Assembly: GCA_031375065.1 (NCBI GenBank) | Contig: JANMHH010000076.1 | Location: forward strand, 2,614 to 66,613 | DNA length: 64,000 nucleotides | From: Rubrivivax sp. | GTDB taxonomy: Bacteria > Pseudomonadota > Gammaproteobacteria > Burkholderiales > Burkholderiaceae_C | Reading direction: 5' to 3' | In this document: piece after piece, positions 28,218 to 38,403 of the stretch | Position numbering within the stretch: the first letter of the stretch is position 1 | Layout: the number at the start of each line of letters is the position of its first letter | Translations under genes and position numbers: made by a program | The notes under the pieces: model-generated | Told to the model about the DNA's origin: nothing | Database searches by the model: none | The model's input: the letters and a program-made list of their open reading frames with translations, nothing else

Positions 28218-28969
28218 CGCGCCATCTGCCGCAGTTGGGTGTGGGCGTGGTTCGGCACCGTCGCCTCAAACCCAGCGTGCATGCTTTCGAGTACCCCAGC
28301 TATTTTTTGATGCTGCCCCTGCGCAGCCTGCGCATGGCAGCGGCGCCACAGCTGGCGCGCAACCGCTTTGCCCTGTTGAGTTTTTTCGACCGGGACCATG
28401 GCGACGGCCGCGCCGATGCCCTGGCCTGGTTGGATGAGCTGCTGGCCGCCGAAGGCGTGACCGACGCGGACGGCGAGGTCTGGTTGCACACCTACCCTCG
28501 CGTGCTGGGCTACGTCTTCAAACCGGTCAGCTTCTGGCACTGCCAACGCGCCGACGGCTCGTTGGCGGCCATCGTGGCCGAGGTCAACAACACCTTTGGT
28601 GAGCGCCACTGCTATTTGCTGGCCGGGACCGACCTGGCTTACGGTCGCGAGCTGACGGCGCGCAAGGTCTTCCACGTCTCACCCTTTTGCGACGTGCGGG
28701 GCCAATACCGTTTTCGGTTCATGCTGACCGACTCACGCACCGTGGCGCGCATCGATGTGGACGACGACACCGGCCCCCTGCTGCAAACCAGCGTGTCGGG
28801 CCGCTTGCAACCCCTGACAACGGCGTCCGTGCGCAGCGCCTTCTTCGGCACACCGCTGATGACCTTTGGCGTGATCCTGCGCATTCATTGGCAGGCCATC
28901 CAGTTGTGGCTCAAACGCGTACCGTATTTCAGCAAGCCCGCTCCACCGCGCGAGTGGATCACCCGTTGA
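28214..28969 (+). CDS. DUF1365 family protein (RSP1090/UfaO-like)
   Basis: PRVLGYVFKPVSF, EVNNTFGERHCY, KVFHVSPF, IHWQA. Confidence 0.9.
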   Translation: MTRHLPQLGVGVVRHRRLKPSVHAFEYPSYFLMLPLRSLRMAAAPQLARNRFALLSFFDRDHGDGRADALAWLDELLAAEGVTDADGEVWLHTYPRVLGYVFKPVSFWHCQRADGSLAAIVAEVNNTFGERHCYLLAGTDLAYGRELTARKVFHVSPFCDVRGQYRFRFMLTDSRTVARIDVDDDTGPLLQTSVSGRLQPLTTASVRSAFFGTPLMTFGVILRIHWQAIQLWLKRVPYFSKPAPPREWITR

Positions 28970-29000
28970 CCCCACAACCTTTCCATCCAGAGCCCACGCC

Positions 29001-30224
29001 ATGACGACGACGTTTTCTGCTCCCGAGTTGCGCCTGCCGCAAGCCGCGCCGGCTTCGGCCCGGGCCATCGTGGCGTTGCTGGGCCAATTGCGCGTGGGCA
29101 GCCTGGACATGCAACTGCCCGACGGCAGTCAGGCTCACTTTGGCCCAGGCGGCGAGCCGCGCGCGGCCATGCGATTGATCAACTGGGACGTCTGCAGCGC
29201 GGTGCTCAAAAGCGGTGACATCGGTTTCGCCGAAAGCTGGATCGCCGGCAGCTGGAGCAGCCCCGACCTGGTTGAGTTGCTCAAGCTCTTCATCGCCAAC
29301 CGCGACGCCGTGGACAAGATCATCTACGGCACCTGGTGGGGTTCGCTGCTGTACCGGGTCAAGCACCTGCTCAACCGCAATTCACGCCAAGGCAGCAAGA
29401 AGAACATCCACGCCCACTACGACCTGGGCAACGCGTTTTACCGCGAGTGGCTGGACGAGACCATGAACTATTCCAGCGCGCTGTTTGACGGCGACCTGGG
29501 GCAGCCGATGGCCCAGGCCCAAGGCGCCAAGGTTCGCCGCGCCTTGCGCGAGTGTGCTGTGCAGCCTGGTCAAAGGCTGCTCGAGATCGGCTGCGGCTGG
29601 GGCGCCCTGGCCGAGACCGCTGCGGTGGAATTTGGCGCGCGCGTGACCGGCGTGACCTTGTCGACCGAACAGCTGGCCTATGCCCAAGCCCGCCAGCAGC
29701 GGGCCGGCGTCGACGCTGACGTTGAGTTGCGACTGCAGGATTACCGCGACATCCAGGACGAGCCGTTTGACGCGATTGCCTCGATCGAAATGTTCGAAGC
29801 CGTTGGCCGTGAATACTGGGACAGCTTTTTTGCCACGCTGCGCCACAAACTCAAACCCGGCGGTCGGGCCTGCATCCAGACCATCACCATCCGTGACGAT
29901 CTTTTTGAGCGTTATGTGAGTGGCACCGACTTCATCCAGCAGTACATCTTCCCCGGCGGCCTGCTGCCCAGCGCCAGCATGTTCAAGGCCGAAGCGCGAA
30001 AAGCCGGTCTCGAGGTCGTCAACGAATTGGCCTTTGGGCCTGACTACGCCGAAACGCTGCGGCGCTGGCGGGCTGACTTCCTGGCCCGTGATGGCCAGTT
30101 GCACCAGCTGGGTTTTGACGCTCGCTTCATGCGCATCTGGGAGTTCTACCTGGCCTACTGCGAAGCGGCTTTCGACACCGGCAACACCAACGTGGTGCAG
30201 TTCACCCTGCGCAGGGTGGATTGA
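29001..30224 (+). CDS. cfa: Cyclopropane-fatty-acyl-phospholipid synthase family SAM methyltransferase
   Basis: NIHAHYDLGN, LEIGCGWG, SIEMFEAVG, YIFPGG, WEFYLAYCEA. Confidence 0.92.
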   Translation: MTTTFSAPELRLPQAAPASARAIVALLGQLRVGSLDMQLPDGSQAHFGPGGEPRAAMRLINWDVCSAVLKSGDIGFAESWIAGSWSSPDLVELLKLFIANRDAVDKIIYGTWWGSLLYRVKHLLNRNSRQGSKKNIHAHYDLGNAFYREWLDETMNYSSALFDGDLGQPMAQAQGAKVRRALRECAVQPGQRLLEIGCGWGALAETAAVEFGARVTGVTLSTEQLAYAQARQQRAGVDADVELRLQDYRDIQDEPFDAIASIEMFEAVGREYWDSFFATLRHKLKPGGRACIQTITIRDDLFERYVSGTDFIQQYIFPGGLLPSASMFKAEARKAGLEVVNELAFGPDYAETLRRWRADFLARDGQLHQLGFDARFMRIWEFYLAYCEAAFDTGNTNVVQFTLRRVD

Positions 30225-30226
30225 AC

Positions 30227-30832
30227 ATGCAACGCCGAGCCCTGTTGCTGTCCGCTGCTGCCTGGTGCTGGGTGTGCGCTGCCGGTTCCGTCTGGGCCCA
30301 GGCTCCCGCCGTACCAGCCGCACCTTCCAACAGCAGCAGCACCCACACCGACAACAGCAACGCGCCCGCCGAGTTGGCCGCCGAACTGCCCGGCGGCAAA
30401 CTGCAAGGCCAGGGTCGGCTGACCTTCATGACCCTGCGGGTCTACGACGCCCGTCTGTGGACCAGCGCGACCCCCATCGGCACCGATTGGGGAGCGGGGC
30501 CGCTGGCCTTGGAACTGATCTACGCCCGCAGCCTGGGCGGGGCCCGAATTGCCGAGCGTTCATTGACCGAAATGCAGCGCCAAGGCGAGATCGACAGCCT
30601 GCGCTCGGGACGCTGGCTTTCGGCCATGAAACAGATCTTCCCCGACGTCAAGCAAGGCGACCGCCTTACCGGCGTCAACTTGCCGGGTGTGGGCGCGCGC
30701 TTCTACTTCAACGGCAAGCTGGTCGGTGACGTGCGCGACACCGACTTCGCACGGCTGTTTTTCGGCATCTGGTTGTCGCCCAAGACCTCTGAACCCGGCT
30801 TGCGTGAAGCCTTGCTGGGCAGGCCATCATGA
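30227..30832 (+). CDS. Chalcone-isomerase-like periplasmic protein
   Basis: VYDARLW, LELIYAR, FPDVKQGD, FFGIWLSPKTSEP. Confidence 0.85.
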   Translation: MQRRALLLSAAAWCWVCAAGSVWAQAPAVPAAPSNSSSTHTDNSNAPAELAAELPGGKLQGQGRLTFMTLRVYDARLWTSATPIGTDWGAGPLALELIYARSLGGARIAERSLTEMQRQGEIDSLRSGRWLSAMKQIFPDVKQGDRLTGVNLPGVGARFYFNGKLVGDVRDTDFARLFFGIWLSPKTSEPGLREALLGRPS

Positions 30833-32103
30833 CCACCACGGCCGCTGCGCCGGGCTGGCGTGGTGGCTGGATCCAAGGCCTTCGCTACGGCGCGCTGGGT
30901 TTGCCCTTGGCCTTTGTGGCGTTGCCGCTTTATGTGGTGCTGCCCAACCACTACGCGACGGAGTTTGGCATCCCTTTGGCGACCTTGGGCGCGTTGCTGC
31001 TGGGGGCACGTTTGCTGGATGCGCTGGCCGATCCCTTGATCGGCCGCTGGGTCGACGGTTGGTTCACGCGCCACATCTCCACCGTGCTGGTGGCCGCCGC
31101 GCTGGCGGCGGTGCTGCTGGCCCTGGGCTTCCGGGGCCTGTTCTTCCCCGCCGTGCAGGGCCAGACTGCGCTGCTGTGGTGGTGTGCTTTGCTGCTGGCC
31201 GTCACGTACCTGAGCTACAGCGTGCTGTCGGTTCTGCACCAGGCTTGGGGCGCGCGCCTGGGCGGTGACGACATGCAGCGCACGCGCATCGTGTCCTGGC
31301 GCGAAGGCCTGGCCTTGCTGGGTGTGATGGTGGCCAGCGTATTGCCGTCGGTGGCGGGCCTGTCGGTGACGTCAGCGGTTTTTGCGGGCACCTTGGTTGT
31401 GGGCTTGGCGCTGCTGTGGCGAGCACCGCAACCGCGCCGGGCCGAGCAGCCAGCCTCGCAGCCACGGTTGACCGAACCCTTGGCCACGCCGGAGTTTCGG
31501 CGTCTGCTGGTGGTCTACATGGTCAACGGCGTGGCCAGCGCCGTACCGGCCACGCTGGTGCTGTTTTTCATCCGCGACCGCCTGCAAGCCCAGGCTTGGG
31601 AGCCGCTGTTTCTGGCCAGCTACTTTGCCGCGGGCGCCTTGAGCATGCCGCTGTGGACGCGCCTGGTTGCACGCCTGGGGCTGGCCCGTTCCTGGCTGCT
31701 GGGCATGGTGTTGGCCATCGTCAGCTTTGCCTGGGCCGCGCTGCTGGGCCCCGGTGACGTCCTGGCCTACACCGCGGTTTGCATCGCCAGCGGCATCGCC
31801 TTGGGCGCCGACCTGGCTTTGCCGGGGGCCATGCTGGCCGGCGTGATCCAGCGTGCCGGCCATGGTCAGCGCCTGGAGGGCGCCTACTTTGGTTGGTGGA
31901 ACTTCTGCACCAAGCTCAACCTGGCGCTGGCGGCCGGCGTGGCCTTGCCATTGCTCAGCCTGCTGGGCTACGCCGCGGGCAGCCGCAGCCCGGAAGCCCT
32001 GACGGCGCTGATGTTGGCGTACTGCATCCTGCCTTGCCTGCTCAAACTTCTCGCCACCACGCTGCTGTGGACCCTGTGGGTTCGCCAAAAGGAAACAACA
32101 TGA
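30829..32103 (+). CDS. MFS (GPH-like) transporter
   Basis: About 12 TM helices; RLLDALADPLIG; GAYFGWW. Confidence 0.88.
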   Translation: MTTTAAAPGWRGGWIQGLRYGALGLPLAFVALPLYVVLPNHYATEFGIPLATLGALLLGARLLDALADPLIGRWVDGWFTRHISTVLVAAALAAVLLALGFRGLFFPAVQGQTALLWWCALLLAVTYLSYSVLSVLHQAWGARLGGDDMQRTRIVSWREGLALLGVMVASVLPSVAGLSVTSAVFAGTLVVGLALLWRAPQPRRAEQPASQPRLTEPLATPEFRRLLVVYMVNGVASAVPATLVLFFIRDRLQAQAWEPLFLASYFAAGALSMPLWTRLVARLGLARSWLLGMVLAIVSFAWAALLGPGDVLAYTAVCIASGIALGADLALPGAMLAGVIQRAGHGQRLEGAYFGWWNFCTKLNLALAAGVALPLLSLLGYAAGSRSPEALTALMLAYCILPCLLKLLATTLLWTLWVRQKETT

Positions 32104-32648
32104 ATCGCCGTTTTTCAATGCTCGCCGTGATGGCTCCCGTGGTGGCTGCCTTGGTGGCCTGCGCCTCGCCCAGCCCGCAAGACTACGCCGCAGAAAAGCC
32201 GGTGCTGGACCTGAAGACCTACTTCAATGGTGAGTTGCAGGCGCACGGCATCTTCACCGACCGCTCGGGCAAGGTGGTGCGCCGCTTCACGGTGCAGATG
32301 ACCGGCACCTGGCAGGGCGCACAAGGCACCCTCGACGAACGCTTCACCTACAGCGATGGCAAGACCGAACGCCGGGTCTGGCGCTTGACCGATGAAGGCC
32401 AGGGCCGCTGGAGCGGCCGCGCCGACGACGTGGTGGGTGTGGCCCAAGGCCAGGCGGCCGGCAATGCGCTGAACTGGCGCTACACGCTGGCCCTGCCGGT
32501 CGACGGCCGCGTCATCGAGGTGCAGTTCGACGACTGGATGTACCTGATGGACGAACGCGTCATGCTCAACAAAGCCGCGATGAGCAAGTTCGGCATCCAT
32601 CTGGGCGAAGTGACGCTGTCGTTCACCAAGAACCCGACAGCGCGCTAA
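32100..32648 (+). CDS. DUF3833 lipoprotein
   Basis: Lipobox LVAC; YFNG-x-L-x-AHG, FDDWMY. Confidence 0.88.
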   Translation: MNRRFSMLAVMAPVVAALVACASPSPQDYAAEKPVLDLKTYFNGELQAHGIFTDRSGKVVRRFTVQMTGTWQGAQGTLDERFTYSDGKTERRVWRLTDEGQGRWSGRADDVVGVAQGQAAGNALNWRYTLALPVDGRVIEVQFDDWMYLMDERVMLNKAAMSKFGIHLGEVTLSFTKNPTAR

Positions 32649-32651
32649 ACC

Positions 32652-33470
32652 ATGTCGCTCAACCCCCGCATCGACTCCTGGGTCGGCCGCACCGTTTGGC
32701 TGGTCGGCGCGTCGACCGGCATCGGCCGCGCCACCGCGTCACAGCTGCACAGCCTGGGCGCGCAGGTCGTCGTGAGCGCGCGCAGCCAGGACGCCTTGGA
32801 CAGCTTTGTGGTCCAGCACCCCGGCAGCACCGCGCTGGCGCTGGACGCCACCGACCGCGCCGCCATGGCCGACGCGGCGGCTCGGATCATTCGTCTGCAT
32901 GGCCGCATCGACCTGGCGATGTACTGCGCCGGCACCTACGCCGCGATGCGCGCTGTCGACTTCGACTTTGACGCCGCCGCGCACCACGTGCAGGTCAACT
33001 ACATCGGCGCGCTGGTGATGCTGGACGCCGTGCTGCCGCACCTGCTGAGCCAAGCCAAGAACGACCCTCGTGCTGCGGGCGGGCGCAGCCCCAGGCCCGG
33101 GGTCGGGCACATCAGCCTGGTCTCCAGCGTGGCGGGCTACCGCGGGCTGCCGCAATCGCTGGCCTACGGGCCGACCAAAGCCGCCTTGATCAACCTGGCC
33201 GAAACGCTGTACCTGGACCTGCAGCCGCTGGGCCTGGGCGTGTCGATCATCAACCCAGGCTTTGTGCAAACGCCATTGACGGCACAGAACGACTTTCACA
33301 TGCCCGCCCTGATCACCCCTGAAGAAGCCGCCAAGGCCATCGTCGCGGGTTGGCAGGCGGGTGACTTCGAGATCCACTTCCCGAAGCGCTTCACGCTCTG
33401 GCTGAAGGCGCTGCGGCACCTGGGCTACGGGGCTTATTTCGCGGCTGTGCGCCGGTCAACAGGGTTGTGA
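32652..33470 (+). CDS. Short-chain dehydrogenase/reductase
   Basis: GASTGIG, YGPTK, NPGFV. Confidence 0.92.
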   Translation: MSLNPRIDSWVGRTVWLVGASTGIGRATASQLHSLGAQVVVSARSQDALDSFVVQHPGSTALALDATDRAAMADAAARIIRLHGRIDLAMYCAGTYAAMRAVDFDFDAAAHHVQVNYIGALVMLDAVLPHLLSQAKNDPRAAGGRSPRPGVGHISLVSSVAGYRGLPQSLAYGPTKAALINLAETLYLDLQPLGLGVSIINPGFVQTPLTAQNDFHMPALITPEEAAKAIVAGWQAGDFEIHFPKRFTLWLKALRHLGYGAYFAAVRRSTGL

Positions 33471-33910
33471 TGGACGAGCCCGCTTCAAGCGCCGCTGTGC
33501 AGCGCATCAAGCGCTATTTTGAGAACCTGTCGCCGGCGGATCTGCAGCGCATGGCAGACATTTACACCGCCGACGCCCGCTTCAAGGACCCCTTCAACCA
33601 AGTCCAGGGGGTGGCTGCCATCCAGCGCATCTTCGAACACATGTTCGTGTCACTGGATGAGCCACGCTTTGCGATCCGGGACGTGGTCATCGAGGGCCGG
33701 CAGTGCTTCATGAGCTGGGACTTCAGCTTTCGCATGAAACGCTTTGACACGCAGCTGCAGGTGATTCGCGGCGGCTCGCACCTGAAGTTGGCGGCCGACG
33801 GCCGCATCGCTGACCACCGCGACTACTGGGACGCCGCTGAAGAGCTGTACGAAAAGCTGCCCGTGCTGGGCGCCTTGATGCGCTGGCTGAAGCGTCGGGC
33901 CAACCGTTGA
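33467..33910 (+). CDS. SnoaL/NTF2-like protein
   Basis: FKDPFN, HRDYWD, LYEKLP. Confidence 0.88.
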   Translation: MMDEPASSAAVQRIKRYFENLSPADLQRMADIYTADARFKDPFNQVQGVAAIQRIFEHMFVSLDEPRFAIRDVVIEGRQCFMSWDFSFRMKRFDTQLQVIRGGSHLKLAADGRIADHRDYWDAAEELYEKLPVLGALMRWLKRRANR

Positions 33911-33935
33911 CCGGGCCTGCTGCAGGTCCAGGGGC

Positions 33936-34421
33936 TTACTTGCTGCGCTGACCTTCGGTCAAGGAAAAGGTCTGGAACAGACCCGACTTGTCGACAAAGT
34001 AGGTTTCGGTGTAGGTCACCGTACCACCCGTCATTTTGGCCGGCGCCGGGAACGGCGAAGCCCGTTTGATCATGGCCAAGACCCACGGGGCCACCTCGTC
34101 GGCCGCCGGCTTGCGGACCACCTTGATGTTGACCACGTTGCCGGTGGCGTCGAGCTCGGTCTCGATCATCATCACGCCGTACAACATGGGCGGCAGCTTG
34201 CCGCGGTAGACCCGCATCGGAAAACAGGCGTAGAGGTGACGCGCAGCGTCAATGCGGAACTCTTGCTCCACGTCGTTGGCCGAAGGTGCAGGCTCCTTGC
34301 ATTGCGGCGTGGGCACCATGCTGAACTGGGCCATGGCTGCGGGCGCTATGGCGAGCATCGCGGCCAGTAACAACGCCTGCAATGCGCAGCGGGTGGTGGT
34401 GGGCATGTTCACGGGTTTCAT
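33936..34421 (-). CDS. Exported protein with TonB C-terminal-like domain
   Basis: Signal peptide; LDATGNV, IKRASPFPAP. Confidence 0.7.
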   Translation of the reverse strand: MKPVNMPTTTRCALQALLLAAMLAIAPAAMAQFSMVPTPQCKEPAPSANDVEQEFRIDAARHLYACFPMRVYRGKLPPMLYGVMMIETELDATGNVVNIKVVRKPAADEVAPWVLAMIKRASPFPAPAKMTGGTVTYTETYFVDKSGLFQTFSLTEGQRSK

Positions 34422-34544
34422 CCTCTTCTGGGGCTACCGTTGCGGCGCACCGAACAGCGCTGCAGCTCGAAGAGGTTACACGAGGACCCTGCCCGGACCA
34501 TCCATTCGGGGGGTGACAAGTGCGCAGAAAGTAACGGCTTGGCG

Positions 34545-35522
34545 CTAGCGCAGCCAGCCTTTGCGCCGAAAGTAGATGAAAGGCGCAGCCACCGACGCCG
34601 CCATCAAGCCCAGCGCAAACGGATAACCCGCAGCCCAGTCCAACTCGGGCATGAACTTGAAGTTCATGCCGTAGATGCTGGCAATCAAGGTTGGCGGCAG
34701 CAAGGCCACACTGGCCACCGAAAAGATCTTGATGATCTTGTTCTGGTTGATGTTGATGAAGCCCACCGTGGCGTCCATCAGGAAGTTGATCTTGTCGAAC
34801 AAAAACGCGGTGTGGCTGTCCAGCGAATCGATGTCGCGCAGGATCTGGCGCGCTTCTTCAAACTGCTCGGCATTGAGCATGCGGCTGCGCATCATGAAGC
34901 TCAGCGCGCGGCGCGTGTCCATCACGTTGCGCCGGATGCGGCCGTTCAGGTCTTCTTCCTTGGCGATGGCCGTCAGCGCGGCACCGGCGGCCTGGTCGTT
35001 GACGTCTTGCGTCAGCACACGGGCGCTGACCTTTTCCAGGTTGTCGTAGATGCCCTCCAGCGCGTCAGCGCTGTACTCGGCGTCGGCGTCATAGAGCTTG
35101 AGCAGCACGTCCTTGGCGTCTTCGATCAGGGCCGGGATGCGCCGCGCCCGCAGCCGCAGCAAACGAAACACCGGCAGGTCTTCACCGTGGATGGAAAAGA
35201 GCACGTTGTTGTGCAGGATGAAGGCCACCCGCACGTTGCGCGCCGAAGCGCCGTCGGGGCCGTCTTCGGCGTCGATCAGGAAGTCGGAGCGGATGTGCAG
35301 CTCGCCGTTGTCTTCTTCGTAGAAACGGGCCGACTCTTCCAGGTCGTCGTCGACCGCGTCCTTGGGGATGCTGAGCGCAAAGTGAGCCTCGATCCAGCCG
35401 GTTTCATCGCTGCTGGGGCTTTCGAGGTCGACCCAGACCGGCTTGACGTGTTTCAGGCCGTCGAGGCTGTCAATTTCTTCCTGGAACAAACGGCCGTTGG
35501 CCAGCGTGAAGACGTTGAGCAT
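34545..35522 (-). CDS. corA: Magnesium/cobalt transporter CorA
   Basis: YGMNF signature, MPEL, two C-terminal TM helices. Confidence 0.95.
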   Translation of the reverse strand: MLNVFTLANGRLFQEEIDSLDGLKHVKPVWVDLESPSSDETGWIEAHFALSIPKDAVDDDLEESARFYEEDNGELHIRSDFLIDAEDGPDGASARNVRVAFILHNNVLFSIHGEDLPVFRLLRLRARRIPALIEDAKDVLLKLYDADAEYSADALEGIYDNLEKVSARVLTQDVNDQAAGAALTAIAKEEDLNGRIRRNVMDTRRALSFMMRSRMLNAEQFEEARQILRDIDSLDSHTAFLFDKINFLMDATVGFININQNKIIKIFSVASVALLPPTLIASIYGMNFKFMPELDWAAGYPFALGLMAASVAAPFIYFRRKGWLR

Positions 35523-35817
35523 GGAACTCTTTCGGGGCTGCTGCGGCTCAGCACGAGATGAGCACGACGGGTGATGCGGCGGTGGGGTTTGACCGTCTCG
35601 GTGCCGCGACCCGCTGGGCCCGGAAAAGAACGGTCACCGGGGTGACATCGGTCCAACACGTCTCTCCGAAAAAGCGATGCCAAATTATGCCTTGCTGACC
35701 CCGGCAGCCGCGGCGCGGTTGGAGCGAGCTTGAGTTGCGCCAGCCGCCCCTGCAACAGCCCATGCGAAGATCCCGTCTGCCTGTGCTCCCGTTCCCGCTG
35801 CCCTGATCAACGTCACC

Positions 35818-37086
35818 GTGCGCTCCATCCCCTGGCTTCGGTTGCTGCTGCTGACCACCCTGCTGCTTTTGGTGGCCGCTTGGCTGGCGCTGGCGGCCGC
35901 GTTCGAGCAGCAGGCACGGGTGCAAGCGCAGCGCGATGTCGGGCTGGAAGACGTGGCCCGGGTGTTTTCACTGCTGCGCACGCACGACCCGCGCCGGGCT
36001 CGACCGGGCCTGGTCAGCACCGCACTGGTGGGCGAGCGTGATCTGGAGGTGATGGTCAGCCAAGGCGCCCGCCGCTGGCTGCCCATGAACAGCCGGGCGG
36101 TCTTCGAGCGCGAAGCGGCAACGCTTCAGTTCAGCCTGGAACTGCCCGCGCAACCGCTGTGGGTCTGGGGCCGCTGGCTCAACATGGAAGTGAAGCTGGT
36201 CCAGACCGCCGGCCTGCCCGCCATGGACGCGGTCCGGGTGGGCCGGCTGCCTGTACCCATCTGGGTGGCCGAACGTCTGGCAACGTGGTCGCTTTCCAAG
36301 GTGGCGCTCAAAGCCGAAGCGGACTTGGCACTCGAGGTGGTGCGGCGGGTGCGCTTTGCACCGCAGCAAATGCTGGTCACCTACGCCTGGCAAGGCGACA
36401 GCTTGGGTCGATTGCTCAATGGCCTGGTGCCGCCGGAAGAGCTGGTTCGTTTGCGCGCCTACTCCGACCGCTTGGTCGAGGTGGCGGCCCGCCACAAGTC
36501 AAGCTGGCAGATGCCGCTGGTGGACATGCTGCAGCCGGCCTTCGAGCTGGCCCGCAAGCGCACCCAGGCCGGTGGCGACGCGGCGGCCGAAAACCGCGCC
36601 GCACTGACGGTGCTGACGCTGCACGCCAACGGGCGCGGGCTGGCTCAGGTGCTGCCGGTGGCCCGCAACTGGCCACGCCCCCGGCCCTTGCAGCTGCTGC
36701 TGGGCGGGCGAGAGGACTTCCCGCTGCATTTTTTGGTCTCGGCCGCCTTGGCTGCAGAAGGAACGACACCGCTGTCCAAGGTGGTCGGGGTCTACAAAGA
36801 GGTCAGCGATGCCCGCAGCGGCAGCGGCTTCAGTTTCAACGACATGGCCGCCAACCGCGCCGGCACGCGCTTTGGCGAGAAGCTGTTGCAGTCGCCCGCA
36901 CAGATGCAGGAGGCGCTGGCGGGCGGCGTCCGCGACGCCGATCTGCTGCCCCAAGTCGACGATCTGCCGGAGTTCATGAACCAACCTGAGTTTGTGCGCC
37001 GCTTTGGCGGTGTGGGCGCACCCGCCTACAACGTGCTGCTGACCGAGATCGACCGCCGCATCGCGGCGCTCGCGCTCTTACGCTGA
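35818..37086 (+). CDS. Conserved hypothetical membrane-anchored protein
   Basis: N-terminal TM helix; C-terminal HFLVSAALA...KE...SGFSFNDMAANRAG; fills the gap between corA and rlmL. Confidence 0.7.
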   Translation: MRSIPWLRLLLLTTLLLLVAAWLALAAAFEQQARVQAQRDVGLEDVARVFSLLRTHDPRRARPGLVSTALVGERDLEVMVSQGARRWLPMNSRAVFEREAATLQFSLELPAQPLWVWGRWLNMEVKLVQTAGLPAMDAVRVGRLPVPIWVAERLATWSLSKVALKAEADLALEVVRRVRFAPQQMLVTYAWQGDSLGRLLNGLVPPEELVRLRAYSDRLVEVAARHKSSWQMPLVDMLQPAFELARKRTQAGGDAAAENRAALTVLTLHANGRGLAQVLPVARNWPRPRPLQLLLGGREDFPLHFLVSAALAAEGTTPLSKVVGVYKEVSDARSGSGFSFNDMAANRAGTRFGEKLLQSPAQMQEALAGGVRDADLLPQVDDLPEFMNQPEFVRRFGGVGAPAYNVLLTEIDRRIAALALLR

Positions 37087-37135
37087 GTCTTACGCTGAGT
37101 CTTGCGCGGTGTCCTGCGCTGGGTCTTGCGCTGAG
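37076..37135. repeat. 12-bp tandem repeat x5 spanning two convergent stop codons
   Basis: TCTTACGCTGAG x2 followed by three degenerate copies; encodes the AQD repeats at the C-terminus of the minus-strand gene. Confidence 0.85.
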
Positions 37136-38403
37136 TCCCCTGCCGAGCCCGTGGCCGGGTCCGCAGCAGGCCCGGGCGCGGCGCGGCCACCAGGCCCTGC
37201 GCCGCGGGTCATGTCAAAGCGAAACAGGCGGCATTCGATCGCCCCATTGAACAGCGGCACCCGGCGCGACTCTTTCAGCCGCATCAGCGTGGGCAGCTTC
37301 ATCTCGGGGCTGAGCAACCATGCCGACCAGCCTGCATAGTGGCGTTTCCAGTGGCCTGCCAGGTTGCTGAAAAATTCAGCTGGGGTGCCGCCACCTTCAA
37401 AATTTTCGCGCGGCGCGCGTTGCGCCACGTGGGTCTCGCGGCCCGAGCCCTGACCCTTGGCGTCGATGCGTTCACCGTAAGGAGGGTTCATCAGGATCAC
37501 GCCACTGGCCACCGGCGGCAGGCGCTGCAAGGCGTCGGCGGTCTTGAACTCGATGGCCTGGCGCACCCCGGCGCGCTCAGCGTTGCGGGTGGCAAAGTCG
37601 GTCATGCGAAAGCTCACGTCGCCCGCAAACAAGGCCACCGCAGGCGCGTGCACGCGGGCTTTGGCCTGGGCCTGCAACTCGCGCCAGGCGTTGGCAAAGG
37701 GCTTGAAGGGTTGCATGCGCTCAAATGCAAAGCGGCGCAGGCTGCCCGGGGCGATGCCGCAGGCCATCTGGGCCGCCTCGATGACGATGGTGCCCGCGCC
37801 ACAGCAAGGGTCCAGCAGGGGCCCGTCTTCAGCGCGGCCTTGCCAACCGGCGGCGGCCAGCATCGCAGCGGCCAGCGTTTCTTTCAGCGGCGCTTCGCCG
37901 GTGTCCTCACGCCAGCCGCGCTTGAACAGCGCGTCACCCGAGGTGTCGACATAGAGCGTGGCGTGTTCGGGCCCCACAAAAAGGGCAATCGGCAGGTCGG
38001 GCCAACGAATGTCGACGCTGGGTCGTGCGCCGGTGCGTTCACGCACCACGTCGCAGACCGCGTCCTTGATGCGCAGGGCGCTGAAGTTCAGGCTCTGCAA
38101 GGGGCTGCGCTGCGCGCTGACGTCGACCCGCAGCGTTTGCTCGGGCGTGATCCAGTGGTTCCAATCGATGCGGCAAGCCAGGTCATACAAGTCGTGCTCG
38201 TCGCGGTAGGGGCCATCGATCAGCGGCCACAACACCCGTGTGGCCAGGCGGCTTTCCAGGTTGAGCTGCATCACCATGCGCTCGTCGCCCACCACCCAGA
38301 CACCGCCTCGGGTGGCCTCGGCGGCCACGCCGGTGATGCGCAAGACCTCTTCGGCCAACAGCGCTTCAACGCCGCCGGCACAGGGCAAAAACAAGTGGGT
38401 CAT
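37090..38403 (-). CDS. rlmL: THUMP-domain 23S rRNA m2G methyltransferase (RlmL-like)
   Basis: LFKRGWR, APLKETLAAAM, LDPCCGAGT, NPPYGER. Confidence 0.8.
   Translation of the reverse strand: MTHLFLPCAGGVEALLAEEVLRITGVAAEATRGGVWVVGDERMVMQLNLESRLATRVLWPLIDGPYRDEHDLYDLACRIDWNHWITPEQTLRVDVSAQRSPLQSLNFSALRIKDAVCDVVRERTGARPSVDIRWPDLPIALFVGPEHATLYVDTSGDALFKRGWREDTGEAPLKETLAAAMLAAAGWQGRAEDGPLLDPCCGAGTIVIEAAQMACGIAPGSLRRFAFERMQPFKPFANAWRELQAQAKARVHAPAVALFAGDVSFRMTDFATRNAERAGVRQAIEFKTADALQRLPPVASGVILMNPPYGERIDAKGQGSGRETHVAQRAPRENFEGGGTPAEFFSNLAGHWKRHYAGWSAWLLSPEMKLPTLMRLKESRRVPLFNGAIECRLFRFDMTRGAGPGGRAAPGPAADPATGSAGDSAQDPAQDTAQDSA

Noticed and set aside
35523-35700. Possible Mg2+-sensing leader or uORF upstream of corA
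   Set aside because: Only weak hairpins and a 4-codon ORF; no recognisable M-box or Pro-rich leader.
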